From NCBI GenBank assembly GCA_963721455.1, contig CAVRJG010000056.1:49970-113969 (forward strand): a stretch of 64,000 nt of DNA, given 5' to 3'. Positions 1 to 9,646 of this stretch are shown piece by piece. How positions within the stretch are numbered: the stretch's first letter is position 1; every line of letters starts with the position of its first letter. The translations under genes and the position numbers were made by a program. Below the pieces are notes generated by a model. The model was not told the origin of the DNA and did no database searches. It saw only the letters and a program-made list of their open reading frames with translations. This stretch comes from an uncultured Methanosarcinaceae archaeon (GTDB lineage: Archaea > Halobacteriota > Methanosarcinia > Methanosarcinales > Methanosarcinaceae).

Positions 1-106
1 CACTGTCAAGCTCCCCGATAATTTCAAGAATATGCGGAGTAAAGCCCAGTTTATCACTCATGCTTTCAAGCAATTCTTTAGGTTCCAGATGTTTATGTTC
101 TTCCAT
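1..106 (-). CDS. Partial CDS running off the window; probable carboxymuconolactone decarboxylase/AhpD-like protein
   Basis: Manual translation from ATG at 106 gives MEEHKHLEPKELLESMSDKLGFTPHILEIIGELDS. It has a GGGGGT RBS-like upstream sequence, and the 'LGFTP.IL' pattern resembles CMD-family N-termini. Confidence 0.45.
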   Translation of the reverse strand, partial: MEEHKHLEPKELLESMSDKLGFTPHILEIIGELDS

Positions 107-261
107 ATTTAATAACCCCCGATTGTAGTTATATTAGTATTAATATCATTATGCATAATATTTATCTATTCCTGATAATCCGAAAACCACTCTGAGAAAA
201 GAGTAAGCCGAAAATAACAAAAAGAATGAAACCAATTTTAAATAAGTAATTGGGGGATCAG

Positions 262-816
262 ATGAAACCGACGGATGACTTGAGAGAAGAGCACAGGGCT
301 GTCAAGCTGATGCTGAGAATCCTCGGCGGCGTATGTACAAATATAGAGACTGGGAGAAGTGTAAAACAGGAACACCTTGAGGAACTCGTAGAATTTATGA
401 GAGTATTTGTTGATAGATGCCATCACACAAAAGAAGAGGCTTACCTTTTCCCTGAAATGGAGAAATCAGAAATTTCAGGTTCGAGAGAGATGCTAATTTC
501 CCTTAAAAATGAGCATGAAGAGGGAAGGCATTATGTCAGCAGAATTGAAAAGGTAGTCTCCGAAAAAGAAGAACACAGGGAATTACCGACTATGGTTGAG
601 AACTCAAGAGCCTATATTCAACTTCTGACCCTGCATATTGACAAAGAGGAAAATAACCTTTTCCCGATGGCTGATGCCTATCTCTCACAGGCTGTCCAGA
701 AAGATTTGCTTGAGTCTTTTGAAGCTGTGGAAACTGAAATAATAGGCATGGGGAAGCATGAGAAGTTCCACAAGCAGCTGCACACCATGGGAGAAATCTA
801 CGCAAAACCCGAGTAA
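262..816 (+). CDS. Hemerythrin (HHE cation-binding) domain protein
   Basis: EEH...HHxKEE...EHEEGR...HIDKEENNLFP motifs; ATG at 262 (MKPTDDLREEH). Confidence 0.9.
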   Translation: MKPTDDLREEHRAVKLMLRILGGVCTNIETGRSVKQEHLEELVEFMRVFVDRCHHTKEEAYLFPEMEKSEISGSREMLISLKNEHEEGRHYVSRIEKVVSEKEEHRELPTMVENSRAYIQLLTLHIDKEENNLFPMADAYLSQAVQKDLLESFEAVETEIIGMGKHEKFHKQLHTMGEIYAKPE

Positions 817-857
817 ACGTGCAAAGGTAGAGAGTGCGGACCTACATTATGTTTTTC

Positions 858-952
858 ATCCCGAGTTCCGCTTCCCGAATTGCGCCTCGCCCGAATTGCG
901 CCTCGGGAGTACGCGGTCCGTTTCGCTCGCTTCGCTTGCTCAAGCGGACTAT
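858..952 (+). repeat. Dispersed GC-rich modular hairpin repeat, copy 1
   Basis: ccgagttccgctt / ccgaattgcgcct units, then cgggagtacgcggtcc...cgcttcgcttgctcaagcggacta. Matches 54624-54697 (minus strand) and 61345-61441. Confidence 0.85.
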
Positions 953-999
953 TTTTTGGGGAAGAAGTTTAAAACTATTTTTTAAAGATATTCGAGGGA

Positions 1000-1368
1000 T
1001 TAACCATGAATCAGCGTGGGGAGGCAGCGGGTACAGACCCAGAGACTCTCCATTTTGTGCCGGATGGGAAGGAGGTAGTGGGTATTTTCTCCGGCTCCGC
1101 AGGTGAAGCAGCGAATGGAGAGGTCTTTTTGTTTGGGCTGGGCTTCTGCTTTTTCTCGATTGAATTCGATGGTGTATCTTTCCTCAATTGAGATTGCGCC
1201 TTCGGGACAGATGCCGAGGCAAAAGCCCATACCGTCACAGAGTTCTTCGGATACGACCTTCGCTTTTCCGTTAATGATTTGAATAGCACCTTCGGCGCAG
1301 GGTGCGACGCATTTTCCGCAGCCTGTGCATTTTTCTTCGTCAATTTTCACTATCATTCGTTTTACCAT
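1000..1368 (-). CDS. 2x[4Fe-4S] ferredoxin with a C-terminal CxxC...CxxC (Zn-ribbon-like) extension
   Basis: CTGCGKCVAPC and CDGMGFCLGICP motifs, plus CFTC...CTRC. Confidence 0.85.
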   Translation of the reverse strand: MVKRMIVKIDEEKCTGCGKCVAPCAEGAIQIINGKAKVVSEELCDGMGFCLGICPEGAISIEERYTIEFNREKAEAQPKQKDLSIRCFTCGAGENTHYLLPIRHKMESLWVCTRCLPTLIHG

Positions 1369-1441
1369 GAAACCGACCCCCCTTCAAGATCGAATGCCGT
1401 TAAAAATTATTTTATTTATATGTGCAGCGAACTGCCAGAAA

Positions 1442-1897
1442 TCAGATGTCGCTCAGCAATAGCTTCATTCGGAGGTCCGGCAAATAACCCTCTCTATGCA
1501 GCATTCTTTTATAATCGTTGATTACTTTGCACATTTTGCAAGTATACTTTACAAAGTCAGTCCCTGTTTCTCCTTTGAATAACAATTTTTCAGCTTTTTC
1601 CAGAAGATCCGGATAAATAAGGACAAGTTCTTCTTTAGTGTGCAGAAACAGGGCTGAAAAATCCCTGTGAATGCTCATGCTTCTCTGTAGCAGTTCCAGA
1701 TCTAAGGTATTTTCAGAGATATAGTCCTTGAATTTCGTATAAGTATAAAAGTTTGCAATATTAAGATTTAAGGAATTTAAAATTGAATAGAGTATATTGC
1801 CTGTTTTCGGAAGGGGAATATTCCGAAGTTCAGGGTCTGCACCTTCGTAATTCTTATTTTCTTCTATATTCCGGTCCTGGATTATATCATCGTTCAT
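1442..1897 (-). CDS. Hypothetical protein
   Basis: Open 151-codon frame from ATG 1897 with a CAGGT RBS-like upstream sequence; no motif recognised. Confidence 0.6.
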   Translation of the reverse strand: MNDDIIQDRNIEENKNYEGADPELRNIPLPKTGNILYSILNSLNLNIANFYTYTKFKDYISENTLDLELLQRSMSIHRDFSALFLHTKEELVLIYPDLLEKAEKLLFKGETGTDFVKYTCKMCKVINDYKRMLHREGYLPDLRMKLLLSDI

Positions 1898-2086
1898 TTT
1901 ATCGACCTGGCATATTAGCAAGTTATATCTGCAAGTTGTATTTTCACTACGAACTAAAATTTCGGCCGTTCCCCGTTAGCTGATTGATATTTCTTTATGA
2001 ATATTCCTTTCATTTAAATATGCTTTCTAAACGCTCCGAATGAGAGGCAGGATGCAATTATGTGAACGACCTGAAAAAATCTCAAC

Positions 2087-2503
2087 TTATGGTGCAGGAA
2101 AAATCCCTAGCTGCTGCATCAGACCAAGAAGGTTAGCTTCACCCCACAGCTCAATAATCTTACCGTCCTTAATGCGGAAGATCTCTATACCAGTCATGGT
2201 TATTGGCTTCCCTGTAGCCGGTAGACCCATAAAATCGCCTTTATGTATACCATGAGCTGTGAAACGAGCAGCCACATTATTACCCTCGGCAATCATATCC
2301 TCAATTGTAACATTAAGGTGCTCAAAGGCTGCCCTGCACGTGATAATTACTTCATGTATCCCCTCGATTCCTGGAGACACAGGAAGAGGAACATGAAGGG
2401 TGAAGTCAGGTGACAGCAGCTCATCAGCAATACTCAGATTACCTTTAGAGGGCCCTTCCTCAAAGAATCGTCGAACTATTGCTTTGTTCTCTTCTGTAGA
2501 CAT
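2087..2503 (-). CDS. SnoaL-like ester cyclase / NTF2-fold protein
   Basis: MSTEENKAIVRRF...TIEDMIAEG..VAARFT..G.H.G.FMG.PATGK.I...GI.IFRI.DGKI.E.W signature. Confidence 0.9.
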   Translation of the reverse strand: MSTEENKAIVRRFFEEGPSKGNLSIADELLSPDFTLHVPLPVSPGIEGIHEVIITCRAAFEHLNVTIEDMIAEGNNVAARFTAHGIHKGDFMGLPATGKPITMTGIEIFRIKDGKIIELWGEANLLGLMQQLGIFPAP

Positions 2504-2584
2504 GTTTTCCTCATTTGTGCTTCTATCGGCCCTATTTTTGACCTCTTCGTTGACGATATGTGTCTTTGAAGTGAATCTGTAGTC

Positions 2585-2929
2585 TCAGTGGTGAGTGCCT
2601 TCCACAATTTCTATTCCCGCATCCTGGATTGTCTTTTTGATGCTATCCAGATTGGGGCACTTAGGATAAGTGTTCTCCATAAGCATGCAGGAACTGAGGT
2701 GTACGGCATCCAGACCATGCTTTTTCAGGGCATTTACCAGACGGTATACTCTCCTGCCAGAGCAGCCTCCGCATGTGAAAAAGGCTATTATCTGGGTGTC
2801 TGTACCGTATGCCTCAAAGCAGGACTTTCTTTCGTTGAAAGCTTTAAAGCAGCCCACTCCAGGGCAAGTCTCCGAGACCAGGTCACAGCGGACGACAGCT
2901 ATTTTGTGGGATTTTGTTTTTTCAGTCAT
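2585..2929 (-). CDS. CGGC-domain protein
   Basis: CPGVGC, FFTCGGC, VHLSSC and KCP motifs and terminal EGTHH; likely start ATG 2929. Confidence 0.88.
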   Translation of the reverse strand: MTEKTKSHKIAVVRCDLVSETCPGVGCFKAFNERKSCFEAYGTDTQIIAFFTCGGCSGRRVYRLVNALKKHGLDAVHLSSCMLMENTYPKCPNLDSIKKTIQDAGIEIVEGTHH

Positions 2930-2960
2930 GCTTGCACAATCCAGTTTACCTGATCCGGTT

Positions 2961-3299
2961 TTACAGCAGGCGTGTGGATTCGGTTTGCCTTGGAACTTTA
3001 ATAACAAGCACCCTGAAGACCCCATCTCCGGGATTCAGAAGGCGGTGAGGGACCTTTGCAGGACTCTCGATCAGCATATCCCTGCTGACTTCCTGAGTTT
3101 CGTCTCCGACCTCAACAACGCCTTTGCCTTCAAGAATGTAGAAAAAGACATCCGTGGGGGTGACATGCTTTTTTAAGGCTTCCCCTGGTTTGAGTTCTAT
3201 GTGCACTGCCTGGGCATGTTCGGTGTCATAGAGCATCCGGACGCTCACATTATGAGGGTTCGGCTTTTCAGGTGAAGATTTCATCTCGGTAACTTTCAT
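2961..3299 (-). CDS. Cupin-domain protein
   Basis: LKPGE.LKKH.TP.DVFFYILEGKG...SPAKVPH cupin motifs; GGGGAG RBS before ATG 3299. Confidence 0.88.
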   Translation of the reverse strand: MKVTEMKSSPEKPNPHNVSVRMLYDTEHAQAVHIELKPGEALKKHVTPTDVFFYILEGKGVVEVGDETQEVSRDMLIESPAKVPHRLLNPGDGVFRVLVIKVPRQTESTRLL

Positions 3300-3616
3300 A
3301 TTATTCTCCCCTTTTGACCACAAATTTCGTATTTGTCAGCATTATGCCGGTATAATTTATAAGTATTTTTAGATTAATTTTTACCTGCTTTTTTTATACT
3401 GTATATTCCATTCTGTACATTCCATTCTGATATCCATCCCATATATGCCCGATCAGTACAAATTTTTCCATTACCTCTGAGAGCCATTATTAACTTTAAC
3501 CCCTGAAAACCCGGATTTTATTGGGGTTGAGGGTTTACAGGAGGAAACGTATTAAACGGGAGCATATCAGGAGCATATGGGACTGAATCAGGAGAATGGG
3601 GCTGAAAGTGTATGTT

Positions 3617-4276
3617 TTACAGCCCTACCTGGGTTTTGAAATTATCAAGGCCCGTATCTTCAATGAACTTTCCCAGCCTCTTTTTCGTACCTGAGCTTTT
3701 GTAGAAATTAAGGATCCTATCGACCGTTTCAAGAACTTCCTCTTCGGATAATTCCTTTGCGACAACCTCGGCAAGTCTTGGCGTCGCGGCCGCCGAGCCT
3801 CCGACCATCAGGGTGTATCCTCTGGCAGTGCCCATTACCCCTATGTCCTTGATAGCAGGTTCAGCGCAGGAATTCGGGCAGCCGGAAACAGCCATCTTTA
3901 GCTTTGAAGGCATTGGCATTCCGTGATATTTCTCATCCAGTTTCAAGCCAAGACTTACAGCATCCTGCTTTCCCTGCTTGCAGAAAGTTGTCCCCGGGCA
4001 GAATTTCACGCTTCTTACGCAAAGCCCTATAGCTGCTCCTGGTTTTATATCAAGCTCAGCCCACACATTATCAAGGTCTTCTTCTTTCAGGCCCACTATT
4101 GCAATCCTCTGGGCAGAAGTCATCTTGAGGGCCGCAGCTCCGTACTTTTCCGCAACATCAGCAATTCTTCTGAGGGTTGTCGGGTCCACAATTCCTCCGG
4201 GAAGGTGGGGGGCTATTGCGTAGGTCTCACGGTCTCTCTGAACGATTGCGCCTTTTTCCGGTAAGTTGTCTTTCAT
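3617..4276 (-). CDS. Small nitrite/sulfite reductase-like protein (siroheme-[4Fe-4S] type)
   Basis: RSVKFCPGTTFC and KLKMAVSGCPNSC motifs; TSAQRI ferredoxin-like half domain. Confidence 0.88.
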   Translation of the reverse strand: MKDNLPEKGAIVQRDRETYAIAPHLPGGIVDPTTLRRIADVAEKYGAAALKMTSAQRIAIVGLKEEDLDNVWAELDIKPGAAIGLCVRSVKFCPGTTFCKQGKQDAVSLGLKLDEKYHGMPMPSKLKMAVSGCPNSCAEPAIKDIGVMGTARGYTLMVGGSAAATPRLAEVVAKELSEEEVLETVDRILNFYKSSGTKKRLGKFIEDTGLDNFKTQVGL

Positions 4277-4454
4277 GGTTGATCCCTTGCTCCAAATTTT
4301 CTGGATTTCACTGTATGAGATTACATGGCAGTCCTGACAGAACTCAGACAGAGTTTCTCAGTCATAAACTGCTTTTGACTCTTTTTTGCCCGATACAGGG
4401 AAATTTTCAGAGTATATTTTTGTAATTAAGTTTTATAAATTACATATTATAATA

Positions 4455-4486
4455 GTATCCTTTTGATACCAGTATATTAGAGATAC
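4455..4486. promoter_or_regulatory. Tandem palindromic operator (GTATC-N5-GATAC, GTATA-N5-GATAC) between the divergent reductase and HxlR genes
   Basis: GTATC-CTTTT-GATAC at 4455-4469 and GTATA-TTAGA-GATAC at 4472-4486; resembles HypR/QsrR-type DUF24 operators. Confidence 0.65.
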
Positions 4487-4521
4487 TAATTTATATATCA
4501 GCCAGTTTCTATGTTTATACT

Positions 4522-4878
4522 ATGAAAGACTGCACAGTCTACAAAACTATGAATATCATCGGAAAAAGATGGACAATCCATATCCTCCTGGAGTTGCACA
4601 AAGGGGAAAAGAAAGAAAAACGCTTTAACGAGCTGAAAAGGAAACTCGGATACATAACCCCGAAAATACTCTCTGAGAGGCTGACGGAACTGGAAACTGA
4701 GGGTCTGATTGAAAAAAAGGTTGATGACTCGACAAATCCCCCAAAATCCGAGTATTACCTTACCGAAAGTGGAGTGGATTTCGTGAAGATAATACAGGCT
4801 ATTAAACGCTGGGGGTTGAAGTGGAAGTTTCAGAATGAAGAGTGCGAAAAGGCCATTTGCATGTACTGTGACCACTGA
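4522..4878 (+). CDS. HxlR/DUF24-family winged-helix transcriptional regulator
   Basis: C.V..TM.IIGKRW..ILLEL...RFNELK..L..ITPK.LS.RL.ELE..GLI...PPKSEY.LT..G signature. Confidence 0.9.
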   Translation: MKDCTVYKTMNIIGKRWTIHILLELHKGEKKEKRFNELKRKLGYITPKILSERLTELETEGLIEKKVDDSTNPPKSEYYLTESGVDFVKIIQAIKRWGLKWKFQNEECEKAICMYCDH

Positions 4879-4950
4879 GTTTCAGTGGTCATAGAAAATG
4901 AGATGAGTTCGAACCACTTAAAACACAATAAAGGAAACAGGGACATCGTT

Positions 4951-5030
4951 TTTTTTCAGTGCTCTCCGTGTTTTCTATGGTTGTGGAGTTTGTCCTGAGT
5001 TTTCCTTAACTTTTGGTGTTTTCCGTGTCT
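4951..5030 (-). repeat. Short dispersed repeat containing (ACGGAAAAC)-type units, copy A
   Basis: Reverse complement ggaaaactcaggacaaactccacaaccatagaaaacacggagagcactgaaa aligns with 54531-54590. Confidence 0.55.
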
Positions 5031-5201
5031 TCTTTCTTTTCTGAAGTTATCTTGACATTGTCAAATTAACTCTTATTTGGAGCTGTTACTACTATTTCTT
5101 CCAAATGATTTACGGAATAGCCTGCATGTTTGGAGTATTCCTGTACGGACACAAGGGTTTAGGGGCTGCCCCCTTCTGTCCCTGTCTCCTCTGTTTCTCA
5201 G

Positions 5202-5516
5202 TCATTTTTTACCAATCCTTATGCAATTCCCATTCTCATAATATCCCAAATAATTATTACAGTCATCATATAAAGGGAAACAGTTTTCAGAAATAAATCT
5301 CCATTCCGGCCTAGAGGGTTCGTTTTTCTCTCCTAAAATAGGTATCAAATCATTATCCCATTCCCCATTTCGCACATCGAACACTTTAATATATTTATTA
5401 ATCACCGGAGATTCGTTTCCTTTTCTAGCATTGATAATTTGATCGTATTCTTCCTTAGTTTCTGGAAGCCTGTTAATATTTACGATTCCATCGTTTCCAA
5501 TTGTAACGCCAAACAT
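5202..5516 (-). CDS. Hypothetical protein (AT-rich)
   Basis: 104-aa ORF from ATG 5516 with a GGTGA RBS; no motif recognised. Confidence 0.6.
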   Translation of the reverse strand: MFGVTIGNDGIVNINRLPETKEEYDQIINARKGNESPVINKYIKVFDVRNGEWDNDLIPILGEKNEPSRPEWRFISENCFPLYDDCNNYLGYYENGNCIRIGKK

Positions 5517-5794
5517 TTTCTTTTCACCTTCACCTATCATTCAGGAGCACAAACAAAAGACTTTCGGAGAAAGGGTATTTTTGCCCAACCCCTCCAAAAG
5601 GTATATTAAGAGTATTTTCGCCCATCCAACGAGAAGGAGATTTAAGAAAATGAGTTGATGATGTTTTATCCCTGTAATGTGACATAGTCAAGTTATAGAA
5701 CCGAAGTTTATTAAGTGTAAATATTTAAGCTCGGAACTATAATCTGCATATGATCTATCTGCATAGGATCTACAGATAATCCGGGAGGCTATCG

Positions 5795-7162
5795 ATGACC
5801 ACTGAAGAGCATATTGATTTTTTCTTCAAGCCTGAGAGCATAGCCCTGATAGGAGCCTCGCCAAATCCCGAAAAGCTTTCCTGCACAATTCTGGAAAGCC
5901 TCCTGAAGATGAGGTTTCAGGGAAGGATATATCCCGTAAATCCGGGCTACCGGGAGATTAAAGGGCTTAGATGTTACTCGGCTCCCGGAGAGATTAAGGA
6001 CACAATTGATATTGCGATTTTTGCAGTCCCGGCATCTTCGGTTCTTGAAATCCTTAAAGGCCCTGTGGAAAATATAAAAGGAGCGGTAATTGTCAGTTCC
6101 GGTTTTCGGGAAATGGGGCCTGAAGGAAAGGAAATGGAAGTTCGCCTGAAAGAAATCTTAAAGGAGAAAGGTATCCGGGCTATGGGGCCTAATTGCCTGG
6201 GGATCTATGACACGATCTCAAAAGTGGACACCTTTTTTATAGGCCAGGATAAGGTAGAAAGGCCTGGAAGAGGCGGAGTTTCCGTGCTTACCCAGAGCGG
6301 GTCCTTTGCGGCTATGATTATGGACGAGATGGCAAACGAGGGAGCAGGGGTTGCAAGGGTTATAAGCTATGGAAATAAAGTGGATGTGGACGAAAGCGAT
6401 TGCCTCGAGTTCCTGACAGGAGATGAAGCCACAAAAGCAGTTGCGATCTACATCGAATCTGTGGAAAATGGGCGCAGGTTCCTTGAAGCTGCTTCCGGCT
6501 GTGTGAAAAAGAAACCTGTGGTAGCTCTCAAAGTTGGAAAGCGGGAGCCGGGAGCAAGAGCAGCAAGTTCCCATACAGGCGCTGTTAGCGGGAGATATGA
6601 GGCTTATGAAGCCGCTTTCCGAAAAGCAGGCGTAATAGAAGTTACAAATTATGAAGAATTGAAAGATGCCTGCAAAGTCCTGAACAGGTATCCGCTGGTT
6701 AAAGGAAAAAGAGTCCTCATTATAACTGACGGAGGAGGCATAGGGATTTCAGTTGCCGATGCCTGTGAAGAGGCCGGACTAAAGGTATCCGAAATTTCCA
6801 GCGAGGCTGTGAGGAGGCTGAAAGAGAAACTTCCGGCTTTTGCTTCCGTAAGAAATCCTGTAGACCTGACAGGCAGTGTAAGGGACGAGCACTATGTTGC
6901 TGCCCTGCAGGAGGCTTTTGGGGAGGAATACGATCTTGCAATAGTGAGCCTGCTCTGGGGTCCGCCTCTTCTTACCAGAGCAGTTGCGGAGAAAATCAGA
7001 GACTTTGCTGACAGTTGCGGAAAGCCGATCCTCATATGTTCTCCAGGCGGAAAATTCACAAGGGAAATGGCTGCATCATTCACGGCAGTAGGGATTCCGG
7101 TCTTTTTTACTCCGGACAGCGCAGTCAGGGCTGCAGCGGTGCTGTGCGGAGGAAAGAGATAA
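5795..7162 (+). CDS. acdA: ADP-forming acyl-CoA synthetase alpha subunit (CoA-binding)
   Basis: PESIALIGAS, YPVNP, GPNCLG, SQSG-like TQSG, SYGNK.DV, phospho-His motif AASSHTGA, NPVDLTG. Confidence 0.85.
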   Translation: MTTEEHIDFFFKPESIALIGASPNPEKLSCTILESLLKMRFQGRIYPVNPGYREIKGLRCYSAPGEIKDTIDIAIFAVPASSVLEILKGPVENIKGAVIVSSGFREMGPEGKEMEVRLKEILKEKGIRAMGPNCLGIYDTISKVDTFFIGQDKVERPGRGGVSVLTQSGSFAAMIMDEMANEGAGVARVISYGNKVDVDESDCLEFLTGDEATKAVAIYIESVENGRRFLEAASGCVKKKPVVALKVGKREPGARAASSHTGAVSGRYEAYEAAFRKAGVIEVTNYEELKDACKVLNRYPLVKGKRVLIITDGGGIGISVADACEEAGLKVSEISSEAVRRLKEKLPAFASVRNPVDLTGSVRDEHYVAALQEAFGEEYDLAIVSLLWGPPLLTRAVAEKIRDFADSCGKPILICSPGGKFTREMAASFTAVGIPVFFTPDSAVRAAAVLCGGKR

Positions 7163-7515
7163 TTTGAGAAATCTGTGTGAACTACAAAAGAACTTCAAAT
7201 AAGCAGACTTAAAAATAAATTTAAAATCAAATTCGGATTGAGACCTGTAGAAATTATGTAAGTACATGGAAACCTTTTTTTATAAAATTTGGGATATTTA
7301 TCGTAAGAATCTGTAATCAGTAGATGAATTTCTGAAGGCAGGTCAGGACTTATTTTAAGAACAAATATTTCAATAAGTAGATAAAATCAGGTGATATTTG
7401 TAATACCAAACATATTTTTCTATATAAGCTTCAAAGAGATGTAATCATTATTCACTTGCGCCTTGATTGCTGATTTCTTCCGGGAAATGGAGGGAAAAGG
7501 GAAGGGGGATTCGGT

Positions 7516-8298
7516 ATGGAAACAGCATTTAATAAATCAAAGTTTTCCTGGGCAAAATATTTTTCGAACAAAAAAACGGGAGGACACAGGCATTCTACAG
7601 AAGAATTCCTTTTTAAAGAGGCTAGGGAAAAACTGTATCATTTAAGTGGGGGCAAATCCCTTCTCGATTTTGGATGCGGTGCCGGAGAACTTCTAATATA
7701 CTACGTGCCAAATTATGAGAGGGTAGTGGGGGCTGATTTTTCAAGTTCCATGCTTTTTGAAGCGGAAAAGAAAATGTGGCAGCAGAACTACAAAAATGTA
7801 AATTTAATCCTTGCCGATGACGAAACAATCTGGGATAAGTTGAATTTATCATTTGACCGGATTACTGCAACAGAAGTGGTCCAGTACCTGACGCCTGAGC
7901 AGGTAGATGCTTTTATCCGGCATGCATCCGACCATCTCAATGAGGACGGAAAAATAGTCTTTTTTGATATAATTGACCCAAGGCTGTATTCTTTATGGAA
8001 AATCGGATGGTTTTCACAGAATTTTAGATTATGGAAGACTTTGCCGAAGGTTGGTCTGGGATGCTTTAAGCAAGTATCGGCCATTTTGAAAAATCTTCCA
8101 AGGGATATAATTGGAGATGCTCACAGTCCCTACCTGATTGAAAAAATTGCCAATAAGCATGGCTTCAAAATGGAATATGTAAAGTCTATGTACTATGAGT
8201 ACAGGTATCATGCAATATTATCGAAGGATATTATGAAACCTTTCAGGGCATGTGAGGCTTTAGGAGAGGATCCAATGCCCTCATACCTTACAACCTGA
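7516..8298 (+). CDS. Class I SAM-dependent methyltransferase
   Basis: LLDFGCGAG motif I, GADFS..ML, FDRI, VVQYL. Confidence 0.85.
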   Translation: METAFNKSKFSWAKYFSNKKTGGHRHSTEEFLFKEAREKLYHLSGGKSLLDFGCGAGELLIYYVPNYERVVGADFSSSMLFEAEKKMWQQNYKNVNLILADDETIWDKLNLSFDRITATEVVQYLTPEQVDAFIRHASDHLNEDGKIVFFDIIDPRLYSLWKIGWFSQNFRLWKTLPKVGLGCFKQVSAILKNLPRDIIGDAHSPYLIEKIANKHGFKMEYVKSMYYEYRYHAILSKDIMKPFRACEALGEDPMPSYLTT

Positions 8299-8725
8299 CT
8301 GTGAAACTTACTATAAATGTAATTATAAATTCCTTCCTGTACTTCCCCGCAGCTTTTGTTTTTGTGTATCCGGTCCAACCCATTACTCATGCACTTCTCC
8401 TGAACATATGGGGTTGAGTATCCTCATTGACTGAAGCTTATCTGCACTTCACCCATTAATTTTTTAGATATATACAAAAATTATAAATAGAATCCAACAT
8501 ATTTCGTTAGAAATCGAACAATTTGTAATCAAACAAATAACTGGTTAAAACACTCACAATAAACATTTTGCGCTGACCTTCACATCTTATTTACAGAAAT
8601 TTCCAGAAGTACAATATCCGTAAATTTGCAGGTTTTCGAGTCCCTGAGTATTTGAAAACCGGAAAAGAAGATTGGAATGAATTCATAGAGATCAGACAGC
8701 CTGCGGGAACTTTAGAGGTAATGAA

Positions 8726-9646
8726 ATGCAATCAAATACGGCAGAGGCACTAATAAAATCATTAAATTCCACTGATCAGGAAGGTTCTTTTGACGCTATT
8801 GGGCCTGCTGAGACTTCCAGTGCCCCCGGAGACAATTCCGGCATAAATAGTGATATGGACACAGGAGACTGCACAGAGGCTTTTGAAGCTAATAATCATA
8901 CTGATACTCGTAACGTTGCTGCCAGGTCAGGGCGCAGTCCTCTCATCAAATTGACAAATCTCTGGAAAATCTACCTGATGGGAGAAATTGAGTTTGCAGC
9001 TCTCAAGAGAGTCGACCTCGAAATCTATGAAGGGGAATTTGTAGTGGTTCTCGGCCCAAGCGGAAGTGGAAAAAGTACGCTTATGAACCTGTTAGGCTGC
9101 CTTGACCTTCCCTCGGAGGGAACAGTCTTTCTGAACTCAAGGGATATTTCCAAACTTGAAGAATCCGAACTGGCCCGTATCCGGGGACAGATGATAGGAT
9201 TTATTTTCCAGAGTTTTAACCTCATTCCCACTCTGAACACACTGGAAAACGTTCTGTTGCCCCTGGAATTTCAGGAAGAAGATCCGGTAAGAGCAAGAAA
9301 AAGAGGAGAATACCTGCTAGAAGTTGTAGGGCTTTCGGATAAGAAACGCAACCTGCCGTCTCAGCTTTCAGGGGGACAGAGGCAGAGAGTTGCAATTGCT
9401 CGTTCTCTTGCCGTTAACCCACCTATTATCCTTGCAGACGAACCCACAGGGAACCTGGATACCAAAACTGGAGATTATATCCTGGGATTTCTGGCTAAGT
9501 TACATGAAAAGGAAGGAAAGACAATCATTATTGTAACCCATGACCTTGACATTGTAAAGTATGCAACAAGGGTCGTGTACATCAGAGATGGTGAAATCGA
9601 AAAAATTGAAAAACATAAGAAAAACGAACCGGTGGAACAGAAATGA
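8726..9646 (+). CDS. ABC transporter ATP-binding protein (LolD/MacB-like) with an acidic N-terminal extension
   Basis: GPSGSGKST Walker [14 protein letters not shown] signature, [15 protein letters not shown]. Confidence 0.93.
   Translation: MQSNTAEALIKSLNSTDQEGSFDAIGPAETSSAPGDNSGINSDMDTGDCTEAFEANNHTDTRNVAARSGRSPLIKLTNLWKIYLMGEIEFAALKRVDLEIYEGEFVVVLGPSGSGKSTLMNLLGCLDLPSEGTVFLNSRDISKLEESELARIRGQMIGFIFQSFNLIPTLNTLENVLLPLEFQEEDPVRARKRGEYLLEVVGLSDKKRNLPSQLSGGQRQRVAIARSLAVNPPIILADEPTGNLDTKTGDYILGFLAKLHEKEGKTIIIVTHDLDIVKYATRVVYIRDGEIEKIEKHKKNEPVEQK

Noticed and set aside
834-1106. Short ORFs spanning the GC-rich repeat (also 54655-54897 and 61356-61547)
   Set aside because: They are by-products of the repeat element, the frames are inconsistent between copies, and there is no coding evidence.
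8208-8390. 60-aa minus-strand ORF with an AGGAG upstream
   Set aside because: It overlaps the methyltransferase 3' end on the opposite strand and has no motif; support is insufficient.
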